A DNA stretch of 64,000 nt from Eledone cirrhosa (lineage: Eukaryota). Under the pieces are notes generated by a model that did no database searches, was not told where the DNA came from, and worked only from the letters and a program-made list of their open reading frames with translations. Numbering within the stretch: the stretch's first letter is position 1; each line of letters starts with the position of its first letter. Where the stretch lies: contig OZ024742.1 in NCBI GenBank assembly GCA_964016885.1, forward strand, positions 377,146,001 to 377,210,000. Direction: 5' to 3'. Below, piece after piece: positions 13,190-31,492 of this stretch. Position numbers and translations under genes: made by a program.

Positions 13190-16100
13190 ATATATATATT
13201 GGTACTGTCACCTATATAGCATATATATTGGTACTGTCACCTATATACCATATATATTGGTGCTGTCACCTATATACCATATATATTAGTGTCGTCACCT
13301 ATATACCATATATATTGGTACTGTCACCTATATACCATATATATTAGTGTCGTCACCTATATAGCATATATATTGGTGTCGTCACCTATATACCATATAT
13401 ATTGGTACTGTCACCTATATACCATATATATTAGTGTCGTCACCTATATAGCATATATATTGGTGCCGTCACCTATATACCATATATATTGGTACTGTCA
13501 CCTATATACCATATATATTGGTACTGTCACCTATATACCATATATATTAGTGTCGTCACCGATATAGCATATATATTGGTGTCGTCACCTATATACCATA
13601 TATATTGGTGTCGTCACCTATATACCATATATATTGGTACTGTCACCTATATACCATATATATTAGTGTCGTCACCTATATAGCATATATATTGGTACTG
13701 TCACCTATATACCATATATATTGGTGTCGTCACCTATATACCATATATATTAGTGTCGTCACCTATATACCATATATATTGGTACTGTCACCTATATAGC
13801 ATATATATTGGTACTGTCACCTATATACCATATATATTGGTACTGTCACCTATATACCATATATATTAGTGTCGTCACCTATATAGCATATATATTGGTA
13901 CTGTCACCTATATACCATATATATTGGTGTCGTCACCTATATACCATATATATTAGTGTCGTCACCTATATACCATATATATTGGTACTGTCACCTATAT
14001 AGCATATATATTGGTACTGTCACCTATATACCATATATATTGGTGCCGTCACCTATATACCATATATATTGGTACTGTCACCTATATACCATATATATTA
14101 GTGTCGTCACCTATATACCATATATATTGGTACTGTCACCTATATACCATATATATTGGTGCCGTCACCTATATACCATATATATTGGTACTGTCACCTA
14201 TATACCATATATATTGGTGTCGTCACCTATATACCATATATATTGGTGCTGTCACCTATATACCATATATATTGGTGTCATCACCTATATACCATATATA
14301 TTGGTACTGTCACCTATATACCATATATATTGGTGCCGTCACCTATATACCATATATATATTAGTGTCGTCACCTATATACCATATATGTTGGTGTCGTC
14401 ACCTATATACCATATATATTGGTACTGTCGCCTATATACCATATATATTGGTGTCGTCACCTATATACCATATATATTGGTGCCGTTACCTATATACCAT
14501 ATATATTGGTGCCGTCACCTATATACCATATATATTGGTGTCGTCACCTATATACCATATATATTGGTACTGTCGCCTATATACCATATATATTGGTGTC
14601 GTCACCTATATACCATATATATTGCTGCCGTCACCTATATACCATATATATTGCTGCCGTCACCTATATACCATATATATTGGTGTCGTCACCTATATAC
14701 CATATATATTGGTACTGTCACCTATATACCATATATATTGGTGTCGTCACCTATATAGCATATATATTGATGTCGTCACCTATATACCATATATATTGGT
14801 GCTGTCACTTATATACCATATATATTAGTGTCGTCACCTATATACCATATATATTGGTACTGTCACCTATATACCATATATATTGGTACTGTCACCTATA
14901 TACCATATATATTGGTGCTGTCACCTATATACCATATATATTAGTGTCGTCACCTATATACCATATATATTGGTACTGTCACCTATATACCATATGTATT
15001 GGTGCTGTCACCTATATACCATATATATTAGTGTCGTCACCTATATACCATATATATTGGTGCCGTCACCTATATACCATATATATTGGTACTGTCACCT
15101 ATATACCATATATATTGGTGTCGTCACCTATATACCATATATATTGGTACTGTCACCTATATACCATATATATTGGTGCCGTCACCTATATACCATATAT
15201 ATTGGTACTGTCACCTATATACCATATATATTGGTGCTGTCACTTATATACCATATATATTAGTGTCGTCACCGATATAGCATATATATTGGTGTCGTCA
15301 CCTATATACCATATATATTGGTGTCGTCACCTATATACCATATATATTGGTACTGTCACCTATATACCATATATATTAGTGTCGTCACCTATATAGCATA
15401 TATATTGGTACTGTCACCTATATACCATATATATTGGTGTCGTCACCTATATACCATATATATTAGTGTCGTCACCTATATACCATATATATTGGTACTG
15501 TCACCTATATAGCATATATATTGGTACTGTCACCTATATACCATATATATTGGTGCCGTCACCTATATACCATATATATTGGTACTGTCACCTATATACC
15601 ATATATATTAGTGTCGTCACCTATATACCATATATATTGGTACTGTCACCTATATACCATATATATTGGTGCCGTCACCTATATACCATATATATTGGTA
15701 CTGTCACCTATATACCATATATATTGGTGTCGTCACCTATATACCATATATATTGGTGCTGTCACCTATATACCATATATATTGGTGTCATCACCTATAT
15801 ACCATATATATTGGTACTGTCACCTATATACCATATATATTGGTGCCGTCACCTATATACCATATATATATTAGTGTCGTCACCTATATACCATATATAT
15901 TGGTGCCGTCACCTATATACCATATATATTGGTGTCGTCACCTATATACCATATATATTGGTGCCGTTACCTATATACCATATATATTGGTGCCGTCACC
16001 TATATACCATATATATTGGTGTCGTCACCTATATACCATATATATTGGTACTGTCGCCTATATACCATATATATTGGTGCTGTCACCTATATACCATATA

Positions 16101-19100
16101 TATTGGTGCCGTCACCTATATACCATATATATTGGTACTGTCACCTATATACCATATATATTAGTGTCGTCACCTATATACCATATATATTGGTACTGTC
16201 ACCTATATACCATATATATTGGTGCCGTCACCTATATACCATATATATTGGTGTCGTCACCTATATACCATATATATTGGTGCCGTTACCTATATACCAT
16301 ATATATTGGTGCCGTCACCTATATACCATATATATTGGTGTCGTCACCTATATACCATATATATTGGTACTGTCGCCTATATACCATATATATTGGTGTC
16401 GTCACCTATATACCATATATATTGCTGCCGTCACCTATATACCATATATATTGCTGCCGTCACCTATATACCATATATATTGGTGTCGTCACCTATATAC
16501 CATATATATTGGTACTGTCACCTATATACCATATATATTGGTGTCGTCACCTATATAGCATATATATTGATGTCGTCACCTATATACCATATATATTGGT
16601 ACTGTCACCTATATACCATATATATTGGTGTCGTCACCTATATACCATATATATTGCTGCCGTCACCTATATACCATATATATTGCTGCCGTCACCTATA
16701 TACCATATATATTGGTGTCGTCACCTATATACCATATATATTGGTACTGTCACCTATATACCATATATATTGGTGCCGTCACCTATATACCATATATATT
16801 GGTGTCGTCACCTATATACCATATATATTGGTACTGTCACCTATATACCATATATATTGGTGTCGTCACCTATATACCATATATATTGGTACTGTCACCT
16901 ATATACCATATATATTAGTGTCGTCACCTATATACCATATATATTGGTACTGTCACCTATATACCATATATATTAGTGTCGTCACCTATATAGCATATAT
17001 ATTGGTACTGTCACCTATATACCATATATATTGGTGTCGTCACCTATATACCATATATATTAGTGTCGTCACCTATATACCATATATATTGGTACTGTCA
17101 CCTATATACCATATATATTGGTGTCGTCACCTATATACCATATATATTAGTGTCGTCACCTATATACCATATATATTGGTACTGTCACCTATATAGCATA
17201 TATATTGGTACTGTCACCTATATACCATATATATTAGTGTCGTCACCTATATACCATATATATTGGTGCTGTCACCTATATACCATATATATTGGTACTG
17301 TCACCTATATACCATATATATTGGTACTGTCACCTATATACCATATATATTGGTACTGTCACCTATATACCATATATATTGGTGTCATCACCTATATACC
17401 ATATATATTGGTACTGTCACCTATATACCATATATATTGGTACTGTCACCTATATACCATATATATTGGTGTCGTCACCTATATACCATATATATTAGTG
17501 TCGTCACCTATATACCATATATATTGGTACTGTCACCTATATAGCATATATATTGGTACTGTCACCTATATACCATATATATTAGTGTCGTCACCTATAT
17601 ACCATATATATTGGTACTGTCACCTATATACCATATATATTGGTACTGTCACCTATATACCATATATATTGGTACTGTCACCTATATACCATATATATTG
17701 GTGTCATCACCTATATACCATATATATTGGTACTGTCACCTATATACCATATATATTGGTACTGTCACCTATATACCATATATATTGGTGCCGTCACCTA
17801 TATACCATATATATTGGTACTGTCACCTATATACCATATATATTGGTACTGTCACCTATATACCATATATATTGGTGCCGTCACCTATATACCATATATA
17901 TTGGTACTGTCACCTATATACCATATATATTGGTACTGTCACCTATATACCATATATATTGGTACTGTCACCTATATACCATATATATTGGTACTGTCAC
18001 CTATATACCATATATATTGGTGCCGTCACCTATATACCATATATATTGGTACTGTCACCTATATACCATATATATTGGTGTCATCACCTATATACCATAT
18101 ATATTGGTACTGTCACCTATATACCATATATATTGGTACTGTCACCTATATACCATATATATTGGTGTCGTCACCTATATACCATATATATTAGTGTCGT
18201 CACCTATATACCATATATATTGGTACTGTCACCTATATAGCATATATATTGGTACTGTCACCTATATACCATATATATTAGTGTCGTCACCTATATACCA
18301 TATATATTGGTACTGTCACCTATATACCATATATATTGGTACTGTCACCTATATACCATATATATTGATGTCATCACCTATATACCATATATATTGGTAC
18401 TGTCACCTATATACCATATATATTGGTACTGTCACCTATATACCATATATATTGGTGCCGTCACCTATATACCATATATATTGGTACTGTCACCTATATA
18501 CCATATATATTGGTACTGTCACCTATATACCATATATATTGGTGCCGTCACCTATATACCATATATATTGGTACTGTCACCTATATACCATATATATTGG
18601 TACTGTCACCTATATACCATATATATTGCTGCCGTCACCTATATAACATATATATTGGTGTCGTCACACCTATATACCATATATATTGGTGCTGTCACCT
18701 ATATACCATATATATTGGTACTGTCACCTATATACCATATATATTAGTGTCGTCACCTATATACCATATATATTGGTGCTGTCACCTATATACCATATAT
18801 ATTGGTACTGTCACCTATATAACATATATATTGGTGTCGTCACACCTATATACCATATATATTGGCACTGTCACCTATATACCATATATATTGGAACTGT
18901 CACCTATATACCATATATATTGGTGCCGTCACCTATATACCATATATATTGGTACTGTCACCTATATAACATATATATTGGTGTCGTCACACCTATATAC
19001 CATATATATTGGTACTGTCACCTATATACCATATATATTGGTGCCGTCACCTATATACCATATATATTGGTGTCGTCACACCTATATACCATATATATTG

Positions 19101-22100
19101 GTACTGTCACCTATATACCATATATATTGGTGTCGTCACACCTATATACCATATATATTGGTGCCGTCACCTATATACCATATATATTGGTACTGTCACC
19201 TATATAACATATATATTGGTGTCGTCACACCTATATACCATATATATTGGTACTGTCACCTATATACCATATATATTGGTGCCGTCACCTATATACCATA
19301 TATATTGGTGTCGTCACACCTATATACCATATATATTGGTACTGTCACCTATATACCATATATATTGGTGTCGTCACACCTATATACCATATATATTGGT
19401 GCCGTCACCTATATACCATATATATTGGTGCTGTCACCTATATACCATATATATTGGTGCCGTCACCTATATACCATATATATTGGTGCTGTCACCTATA
19501 TACCATATATATTGGTGCCGTCACCTTTATACCATATATATTGCTGCCGTCACCTATATACCATATATATTGGTGCCGTCACCTATATACCATATATATT
19601 GGTGCCGTCACCTATATACCATATATATTGGTATCATCACCTATATACCATATATATTAGTGTCGTCACCTATATACCATATATATTGGTACTGTCACCT
19701 ATATACCATATATATTGGTGCCGTCACCTTTATACCATATATATTGGTACTGTCACCTATATACCATATATATTGGTACTGTCACCTATATACCATATAT
19801 ATTGGTGTCGTCACCTATATACCATATATATTGGAACTGTCACCTATATACCATATATATTAGTGTCGTCACCTATATACCATATATATTAGTGTCGTCA
19901 CCTATATACCATATATATTGCTGCCGTCACCTATATAACATATATATTGGTGTCGTCACAAATATATACCATATATATTGGTGCTGTCACCTATATACCA
20001 TATATATTGGTGCTGTCACCTATATACCATATATATTGGTGCCGTCACCTATATACCATATATATTGGTGCTGTCACCTATATACCATATATATTGGTGC
20101 TGTCACCTATATACCATATATATTGCTGCCGTCACCTATATAACATATATATTGGTGTCGTCACACCTATATACCATATATATTGGTGTCGTCACCTATA
20201 TACCATATATATTGGTGCCGTCACCTATATACCATATATATTGGTACTGTCACCTATATACCATATATATTGCTGCCGTTACCTATATACCATATATATT
20301 GGTGCCGTCACCTATATACCATATATATTGGTGCTGTCACCTATATACCATATATATTGGTAATGTCACCTATATACCATATATATTGGTACTGTCACCT
20401 ATATACCATATATATTGCTGCCGTCACCTATATACCATATATATTGCTGCCGTCACCTATATACCATATATATTGTTACTGTCACCTATATACCATATAT
20501 ATTGGTACTGTCACCTATATACCATATATATTTGTGTCGTCACACCTATATACCATATATATTGGTGTCGTCACCTATATACCATATATATTGGTACTGT
20601 CACCTATATACCATATATATTGGTACTGTCACCTATATACCATATATATTGGTACTGTCACCTATATACCATATATATTAGTGTCGTCACCTATATACCA
20701 TATATATTGGTACTGTCACCTATATACCATATATATTGGTGCTGTCACCTATATACCATATATATTGGTACTGTCACCTATATACCATATATATTGGTAC
20801 TGTCACCTATATACCATATATATTGGTACTGTCACCTATATACCATATTTATTGCTGCCGTCACCTATATACCATATATATTGCTGCCGTCACCTATATA
20901 ACATATATATTGGTGTCGTCACCTATATACCATATATATTGGTGTCGTCACCTATATACCATATATATTAGTGTCGTCACCTATATACCATATATATTGG
21001 TACTGTCACCTATATACCATATATATTGGTACTGTCACCTATATACCATATATATTGGTGCCGTCACCTATATACCATATATATTGGTGTCATCACCTAT
21101 ATACCATATATATTGGTGCCGTCACCTATATACCATATATATTGGTGCCGTCACCTATATACCATATATATTGGTACTGTCACCTATATACCATATATAT
21201 TGGTGTCGTCACTCCTATATACCATATATATTGGTGTCGTCACCTATATACCATATATATTGGTACTGTCACCTATATACCATATATATTAGTGCTGTCA
21301 CCTATATACCATATATATTGTTGTCATCACCTATATACCATATATATTGGTACTGTCACCTATATACCATATATATTGGTGTCATCACCTATATACCATA
21401 TATATTGGTGTCGTCACACCTATATACCATATATATTGGTGTCATCACCTATATACCATATATATTGGTGCTGTCATCTATATACCATATATATTGGTGC
21501 TGTCACCTATATACCATATATATTGGTACTGTCACCTATATACCATATATATTGGTACTGTCACCTATATACCATATATATTGGTACTGTCACCTATATA
21601 CCATATATATTGCTGCCGTCACCTATATACCATATATATTGCTGCCGTCACCTATATAACATATATATTGGTGTCGTCACCTATATACCATATATATTGG
21701 TGACGTCACCTATATACCATATATATTAGTGTCGTCACCTATATACCATATATATTGGTACTGTCACCTATATACCATATATATTGGTACTGTCACCTAT
21801 ATACCATATATATTAGTGTCGTCACATATATACCATATATATTGGTACTGTCACCTATATACCATATATATTGCTGCCGTCACCTATATACCATATATAT
21901 TGGTACTGTCACCTATATACCATATATATTGGTGCTGTCACCTATATACCATATATATTAGTGTCGTCACCTATATAGCATATATATTGGTGTCGTCACC
22001 TATATACCATATATATTGGTACTGTCACCTATATACCATATATATTGGTGCCGTCACCTATATACCATATATATTGGTGCCGTCACCTATATACCATATA

Positions 22101-25100
22101 TATTGGTGTCATCACCTATATACCATATATATTGGTGCTGTTACCTATATACCATATATATTGGTGCCGTCACCTATATACCATATATATTGGTACTGTC
22201 ACCTATATACCATATATATTGTTACTGTCACCTATATACCATATATATTAGTGTCGTCACCTATATACCATATATATTGGTGCTGTCACCTATATACCAT
22301 ATATATTGGTGCCGTCACCTATATACCATATATATTGGTGTCATCACCTATATACCATATATATTGGTGCTGTTACCTATATACCATATATATTGGTGCC
22401 GTCACCTATATACCATATATATTGGTACTGTCACCTATATACCATATATATTGTTACTGTCACCTATATACCATATATATTGGTACTGTCACCTATATAC
22501 CATATATATTGGTGTCGTCACTCCTATATACCATATATATTGGTGTCGTCACCTATATACCATATATATTGGTACTGTCACCTATATACCATATATATTA
22601 GTGTCGTCACCTATATACCATATATATTGGTGCTGTCACCTATATACCATATATATTGGTGCCGTCACCTATATACCATATATATTGGTGTCGTCACTCC
22701 TATATACCATATATATTGGTGTCGTCACCTATATACCATATATATTGGTACTGTCACCTATATACCATATATATTGGTACTGTCACCCATATACCATATA
22801 TATTGGTGCCGTCACCTATATACCATATATATTGGTACTGTCACCTATATACCATATATATTGGTACTGTCACCTATATACCATATATATTGGTGCCGTC
22901 ACCTATATACCATATATATTGGTACTGTCACCTATATACCATATATATTGGTACTGTCACCTATATACCATATATATTGGTACTGTCACCTATATACCAT
23001 ATATATTGGTACTGTCACCTATATACCATATATATTGGTGCCGTCACCTATATACCATATATATTGGTACTGTCACCTATATACCATATATATTGGTGTC
23101 ATCACCTATATACCATATATATTGGTACTGTCACCTATATACCATATATATTGGTACTGTCACCTATATACCATATATATTGGTGTCGTCACCTATATAC
23201 CATATATATTAGTGTCGTCACCTATATACCATATATATTGGTACTGTCACCTATATAGCATATATATTGGTACTGTCACCTATGTACCATATATATTAGT
23301 GTCGTCACCTATATACCATATATATTGGTACTGTCACCTATATACCATATATATTGGTACTGTCACCTATATACCATATATATTGATGTCATCACCTATA
23401 TACCATATATATTGGTACTGTCACCTATATACCATATATATTGGTACTGTCACCTATATACCATATATATTGGTGCCGTCACCTATATACCATATATATT
23501 GGTACTGTCACCTATATACCATATATATTGGTACTGTCACCTATATACCATATATATTGGTGCCGTCACCTATATACCATATATATTGGTACTGTCACCT
23601 ATATACCATATATATTGGTACTGTCACCTATATACCATATATATTGCTGCCGTCACCTATATAACATATATATTGGTGTCGTCACACCTATATACCATAT
23701 ATATTGGTGCTGTCACCTATATACCATATATATTGGTACTGTCACCTATATACCATATATATTAGTGTCGTCACCTATATACCATATATATTGGTGCTGT
23801 CACCTATATACCATATATATTGGTACTGTCACCTATATAACATATATATTGGTGTCGTCACACCTATATACCATATATATTGGTACTGTCACCTATATAC
23901 CATATATATTGGTACTGTCACCTATATACCATATATATTGGTGCCGTCACCTATATACCATATATATTGGTACTGTCACCTATATAACATATATATTGGT
24001 GTCGTCACACCTATATACCATATATATTGGTACTGTCACCTATATACCATATATATTGGTGCCGTCACCTATATACCATATATATTGGTGTCGTCACACC
24101 TATATACCATATATATTGGTACTGTCACCTATATACCATATATATTGGTGTCGTCACACCTGTATACCATATATATTGGTGCTGTCACCTATATACCATA
24201 TATATTGGTGCCGTCACCTATATACCATATATATTGGTGCTGTCACCTATATACCATATATATTGGTGCCGTCACCATTATACCATATATATTGCTGCCG
24301 TCACCTATATACCATATATATTGGTGCCGTCACCTATATACCATATATATTGGTGCCGTCACCTATATACCATATATATTGGTATCATCACCTATATACC
24401 ATATATATTAGTGTCGTCACCTATATACCATATATATTGGTACTGTCACCTATATACCATATATATTGGTGCCGTCACCTTTATACCATATATATTGGTA
24501 CTGTCACCTATATACCATATATATTGGTACTGTCACCTATATACCATATATATTGGTGTCGTCACCTATATACCATATATATTGGTACTGTCACCTATAT
24601 ACCATATATATTAGTGTCGTCACCTATATACCATATATATTAGTGTCGTCACCTATATACCATATATATTGCTGCCGTCACCTATATAACATATATATTG
24701 GTGTCGTCACAAATATATACCATATATATTGGTGCTGTCACCTATATACCATATATATTGGTGCTGTCACCTATATACCATATATATTGGTGCCGTCACC
24801 TATATACCATATATATTGGTGCTGTCACCTATATACCATATATATTGGTGCTGTCACCTATATACCATATATATTGCTGCCGTCACCTATATAACATATA
24901 TATTGGTGTCGTCACACCTATATACCATATATATTGGTGTCGTCACCTATATACCATATATATTGGTGCCGTCACCTATATACCATATATATTGGTACTG
25001 TCACCTATATACCATATATATTGCTGCCGTCACCTATATACCATATATATTGCTGCCGTCACCTATATACCATATATATTGCTGCCGTCACCTATATACC

Positions 25101-28100
25101 ATATATATTGCTGCCGTCACCTATATACCATATATATTGGTGTCGTCACCTATATACCATATATATTGGTGCCGTCACCTATATACCATATATATTGGTG
25201 CTGTCACCTATATACCATATATATTGGTACTGTCACCTATATACCATATATATTGGTACTGTCACCTATATACCATATATATTGCTGCCGTCACCTATAT
25301 ACCATATATATTGCTGCCGTCACCTATATACCATATATATTGTTACTGTCACCTATATACCATATATATTGGTACTGTCACCTATATACCATATATATTT
25401 GTGTCGTCACACCTATATACCATATATATTGGTGTAGTCACCTATATACCATATATATTGGTACTGTCACCTATATACCATATATATTGGTACTGTCACC
25501 TATATACCATATATATTGGTACTGTCACCTATATACCATATATATTAGTGTCGTCCCCTATATACCATATATATTGGTACTGTCACCTATATACCATATA
25601 TATTGGTGCTGTCACCTATATACCATATATATTGGTACTGTCACCTATATACCATATATATTGGTACTGTCACCTATATACCATATATATTGGTACTGTC
25701 ACCTATATACCATATTTATTGCTGCCGTCACCTATATACCATATATATTGCTGCCGTCACCTATATAACATATATATTGGTGTCGTCACCTATATACCAT
25801 ATATATTGGTGTCGTCACCTATATACCATATATATTAGTGTCGTCACCTATATACCATATATATTGGTACTGTCACCTATATACCATATATATTGGTACT
25901 GTCACCTATATACCATATATATTGGTGCCGTCACCTATATACCATATATATTGGTGCTGTCACCTATATACCATATATATTGGTGCCGTCACCTATATAC
26001 CATATATATTGGTGTCATCACCTATATACCATATATATTGGTGCTGTTACCTATATACCATATATATTGGTGCCGTCACCTATATACCATATATATTGGT
26101 ACTGTCACCTATATACCATATATATTGGTGTCGTCACTCCTATATACCATATATATTGGTGTCGTCACCTATATACCATATATATTGGTACTGTCACCTA
26201 TATACCATATATATTAGTGCTGTCACCTATATACCATATATATTGTTGTCATCACCTATATACCATATATATTGGTACTGTCACCTATATACCATATATA
26301 TTGGTGTCATCACCTATATACCATATATATTGGTGTCGTCACACCTATATACCATATATATTGGTGTCATCACCTATATACCATATATATTGGTGCTGTC
26401 ATCTATATACCATATATATTGGTGCTGTCACCTATATACCATATATATTGGTACTGTCACCTATATACCATATATATTGGTACTGTCACCTATATACCAT
26501 ATATATTGGTACTGTCACCTATATACCATATATATTGCTGCCGTCACCTATATACCATATATATTGCTGCCGTCACCTATATAACATATATATTGGTGTC
26601 GTCACCTATATACCATATATATTGGTGACGTCATCTATATACCATATATATTAGTGTCGTCACCTATATACCATATATATTGGTACTGTCACCTATATAC
26701 CATATATATTGGTACTGTCACCTATATACCATATATATTAGTGTCGTCACATATATACCATATATATTGGTACTGTCACCTATATACCATATATATTGCT
26801 GCCGTCACCTATATACCATATATATTGGTACTGTCACCTATATACCATATATATTGGTGCTGTCACCTATATACCATATATATTAGTGTCGTCACCTATA
26901 TAGCATATATATTGGTGTCGTCACCTATATACCATATATATTGGTACTGTCACCTATATACCATATATATTGGTGCCGTCACCTATATACCATATATATT
27001 GGTGCCGTCACCTATATACCATATATATTGGTGTCATCACCTATATACCATATATATTGGTGCTGTTACCTATATACCATATATATTGGTGCCGTCACCT
27101 ATATACCATATATATTGGTACTGTCACCTATATACCATATATATTGTTACTGTCACCTATATACCATATATATTAGTGTCGTCACCTATATACCATATAT
27201 ATTGGTGCTGTCACCTATATACCATATATATTGGTGCCGTCACCTATATACCATATATATTGGTGTCATCACCTATATACCATATATATTGGTGCTGTTA
27301 CCTATATACCATATATATTGGTGCCGTCACCTATATACCATATATATTGGTACTGTCACCTATATACCATATATATTGTTACTGTCACCTATATACCATA
27401 TATATTGGTACTGTCACCTATATACCATATATATTGGTGTCGTCACTCCTATATACCATATATATTGGTGTCGTCACCTATATACCATATATATTGGTAC
27501 TGTCACCTATATACCATATATATTAGTGCTGTCACCTATATACCATATATATTAGTGCTGTCACCTATATACCATATATATTAGTGCTGTCACCTATATA
27601 CCATATATATTAGTGCTGTCACCTATATACCATATATATTGTTGTCATCACCTATATACCATATATATTGGTACTGTCACCTATATACCATATATATTGG
27701 TGTCATCACCTATATACCATATATATTGGTGTCGTCACACCTATATACCATATATATTGGTGTCATCACCTATATACCATATATATTGGTGTCATCACCT
27801 ATATACCATATATATTGGTGCTGTCATCTATATACCATATATATTGGTGTCGTCACCTATATACCATATATATTGGTGTCGTCACACCTATATACCATAT
27901 ATATTGGTGTCGTCACCTATATACCATATATATTGGTGTCATCACCTATATACCATATATATTGGTGCTGTCACCTATATACCATATATATTAGTGTCGT
28001 CACCTATATACCATATATATTGGTGTCGTCACCTATATACCATATATATTGGTGCTGTCACCTATATACCATATATATTAGTGTCGTCACCTATATACCA

Positions 28101-31100
28101 TATATATTAGTGTCGTCACCTATATACCATATATATTGGTACTGTCACCTATATACCATATATATTGGTGCTGTTACCTATATACCATATATATTGGTGC
28201 TGTCATCTATATACCATATATATTGGTGCTGTCACCTATATACCATATATATTAGTGTCGTCACCTATATAGCATATATATTGGTGTCGTCACCTATATA
28301 CCATATATATTGGTGCCGTCACCTATATACCATATATATTGGTGCCGTCACCTATATACCATATATATTGGTACTGTCACCTATATACCATATATATTAG
28401 TGTCGTCACCTATATACCATATATATTGGTGTCGTCACCTCTATACCATATATATTGGTGCCGTCACCTATATACCATATATATTGGTACTGTCCCCTAT
28501 ATAACATATATATTGGTGTCGTCACCTATAGACCATATATATTAGTGTCGTCACCTATATACCATATATATTGGTGTCGTCACCTATATACCATATATAT
28601 TGGTGTCGTCACCTATATACCATATATATTGGTAATGTCACCTATATACCATATATATTGCTGCCGTCACCTATATACCATATATATTGGTACTGTGACC
28701 TATATACCATATATATTGGTGCTGTCACCTATATACCATATATATTGGTGTCGTCACAAATATATACCATATATATTGGTGCTGTCACCTATATACCATA
28801 TATATTGGTACTGTGACCTATATACCATATATATTGGTGCTGTTACCTATATACCATATATATTAGTGTCGTCACCTATATACCATATATATATTTGTAC
28901 TGTCACCTATATACCATATATATTGGTACTGTCACCTATATACCATATATATTAGTGCGTCACCTATATACCATATATATTGGTACTATCACCTATATAC
29001 CATATATATTGGTACTGTTACCTATATACCATATATATTGGTGCTGTCACCTATATACCATATATATTGGTGCTGTCACCTATATACCATATATATTGGT
29101 ACTGTCACCTATATACCATATATATTGCTGCCGTCACCTATATACCATATATATTGCTGCCGTCACCTATATACCATATATATTGCTGCCGTCACCTATA
29201 TACCATATATATTAGTGTCGTCACCTATATACCATATATATTGGTGTCGTCACACCTATATACCATATATATTGGTGTCGTCACCTATATAACATATATA
29301 TTGGTGTCGTCACCTATATACCATATATATTGGTGTCGTCACTTATATACCATATATATTGGTACTGTTACCTATATACCATATATATTGGTGCTGTCAT
29401 CTATATACCATATATATTGGTGTCGTCACCTATATACCATATATATTGGTACTGTCACCTATATACCATATATATTAGTGTCGTCACCTATATAGCATAT
29501 ATATTGGTACTGTCACCTGTATACCATATATATTGGTGTCGTCACATCTATATACCATATATATTGGTGCCCTCATCTATATACCATATATATTGGTGTC
29601 GTCACCTATATACCATATATATTGGTACTGTCACCTATATACCATATATATTAGTGTCGTCACCTATATACCATATATATTGGTACTGTCACCTGTATAC
29701 CATATATATTGGTGTCGTCACATCTATATACCATATATATTGGTGCCCTCATCTATATACCATATATATTGGTGTCGTCACCTATATACCATATATATTG
29801 GTGCTGTCACCTATATACCATATATATTGGTGCTGTCACCTATATACCATATATATTAGTGTCGTCACCTATATACCATATATATTGGTGTCGTCACCTA
29901 TATACCATATATATTGGTACTGTCACCTATATACCATATATATTGGTGTCGTCACCTATATACCATATATATTAGTGTCGTCACCTATATACCATATATA
30001 TTGGTACTGTCACCTATATACCATATATATTAGTGTCGTCACCTATATACCATATATATTGGTATCATCACCTATATACCATATATATTGGTGTCGTCAC
30101 CTATATACCATATATATTGGTGCTGTCACCTATATACCATATATATTGGTACTGTCACCTATATACCATATATATTGGTGCTGTCACCTATATACCATAT
30201 ATATTGGTACTGTCACCTATATACCATATATATTGGTGCTGTCACCTATATACCATATATATTGGTACTGTCACCTATATACCATATATATTGGTACTGT
30301 CACCTATATACCATATATATTGGTACTGTCACCTATATACCATATATATTGGTATCATCACCTATATACCATATATATTGGTGTCGTCACCTATATACCA
30401 TATATATTGGTGCTGTCACCTATATACCATATATATTGGTACTGTCACCTATATACCATATATATTGGTGCTGTCACCTATATACCATATATATTGGTAC
30501 TGTCACCTATATACCATATATATTGGTGCTGTCACCTATATACCATATATATTGGTATCATCACCTATATACCATATATATTGGTGTCGTCACCTATATA
30601 CCATATATATTGGTATCATCACCTATATACCATATATATTGGTACTGTCACCTATATACCATATATATTGGTATCATCACCTATATACCATATATATTGG
30701 TGTCGTCACCTATATACCATATATATTGGTATCATCACCTATATACCATATATATTGGTGCCCTCATCTATATACCATATATATTGGTGCTGTCACCTAT
30801 ATACCATATATATTGGTGTCATCACCTATATACCATATATATTGGTATCATCACCTATATACCATATATATTGGTGTCGTCACACCTATATACCATATAT
30901 ATTGGTGTCGTCACCTATATACCATATATATTGGTGCTGTCATCTATATACCATATATATTGGTGTCGTCACACCTATATACCATATATATTGGTGTCGT
31001 CACACCTATATACCATATATATTGGTGTCGTCACCTATATACCATATATATTGGTGCTGTCATCTATATACCATATATATTGGTGTCGTCACACCTATAT

Positions 31101-31205
31101 ACCATATATATTGGTGTCGTCACCTATATACCATATATATTGGTGCTGTGACCTATGTACCATATATATTGGTGCTGTTACCTCTATACCACATATATAT
31201 ATTTG
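13190..31205. repeat. 18-kb 29-bp satellite, ~620 units (constant CACCTATATACCATATATATT + variable 8-mer)
   Basis: Direct periodicity; variable core GGTACTGT/GGTGTCGT/AGTGTCGT/GGTGCCGT/GGTGCTGT/GCTGCCGT/GGTGTCAT/GGTATCAT; occasional 31-bp units (+CA or +TA). Confidence 0.99.
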
Positions 31206-31409
31206 TAGTATGGTTGCTTGGAAGCGTCCATAGGCGCTATGCACGTTGAGCACTCTATGCTCCTTCGGAGCAGAGTATAATAATATGGAAAACGAAGAAT
31301 CTGTGATACATCGGATCACAATTTATTACGAATACATTAGTTAAATACCATTCTTTCATCTGATACAACACAATAAAGACAGTGTGAAACATTAAAAAAA
31401 AAATATATA

Positions 31410-31492
<83 letters not shown>

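Noticed and set aside
13190-31205. CRISPR-like constant/variable alternation and dozens of YHIYW-rich ORFs
   Set aside because: The variable slot is only 8 nt and reuses a few related alleles; there are no unique spacers or cas genes, and the context is eukaryotic. The ORFs cycle through all three frames of a 29-bp unit.
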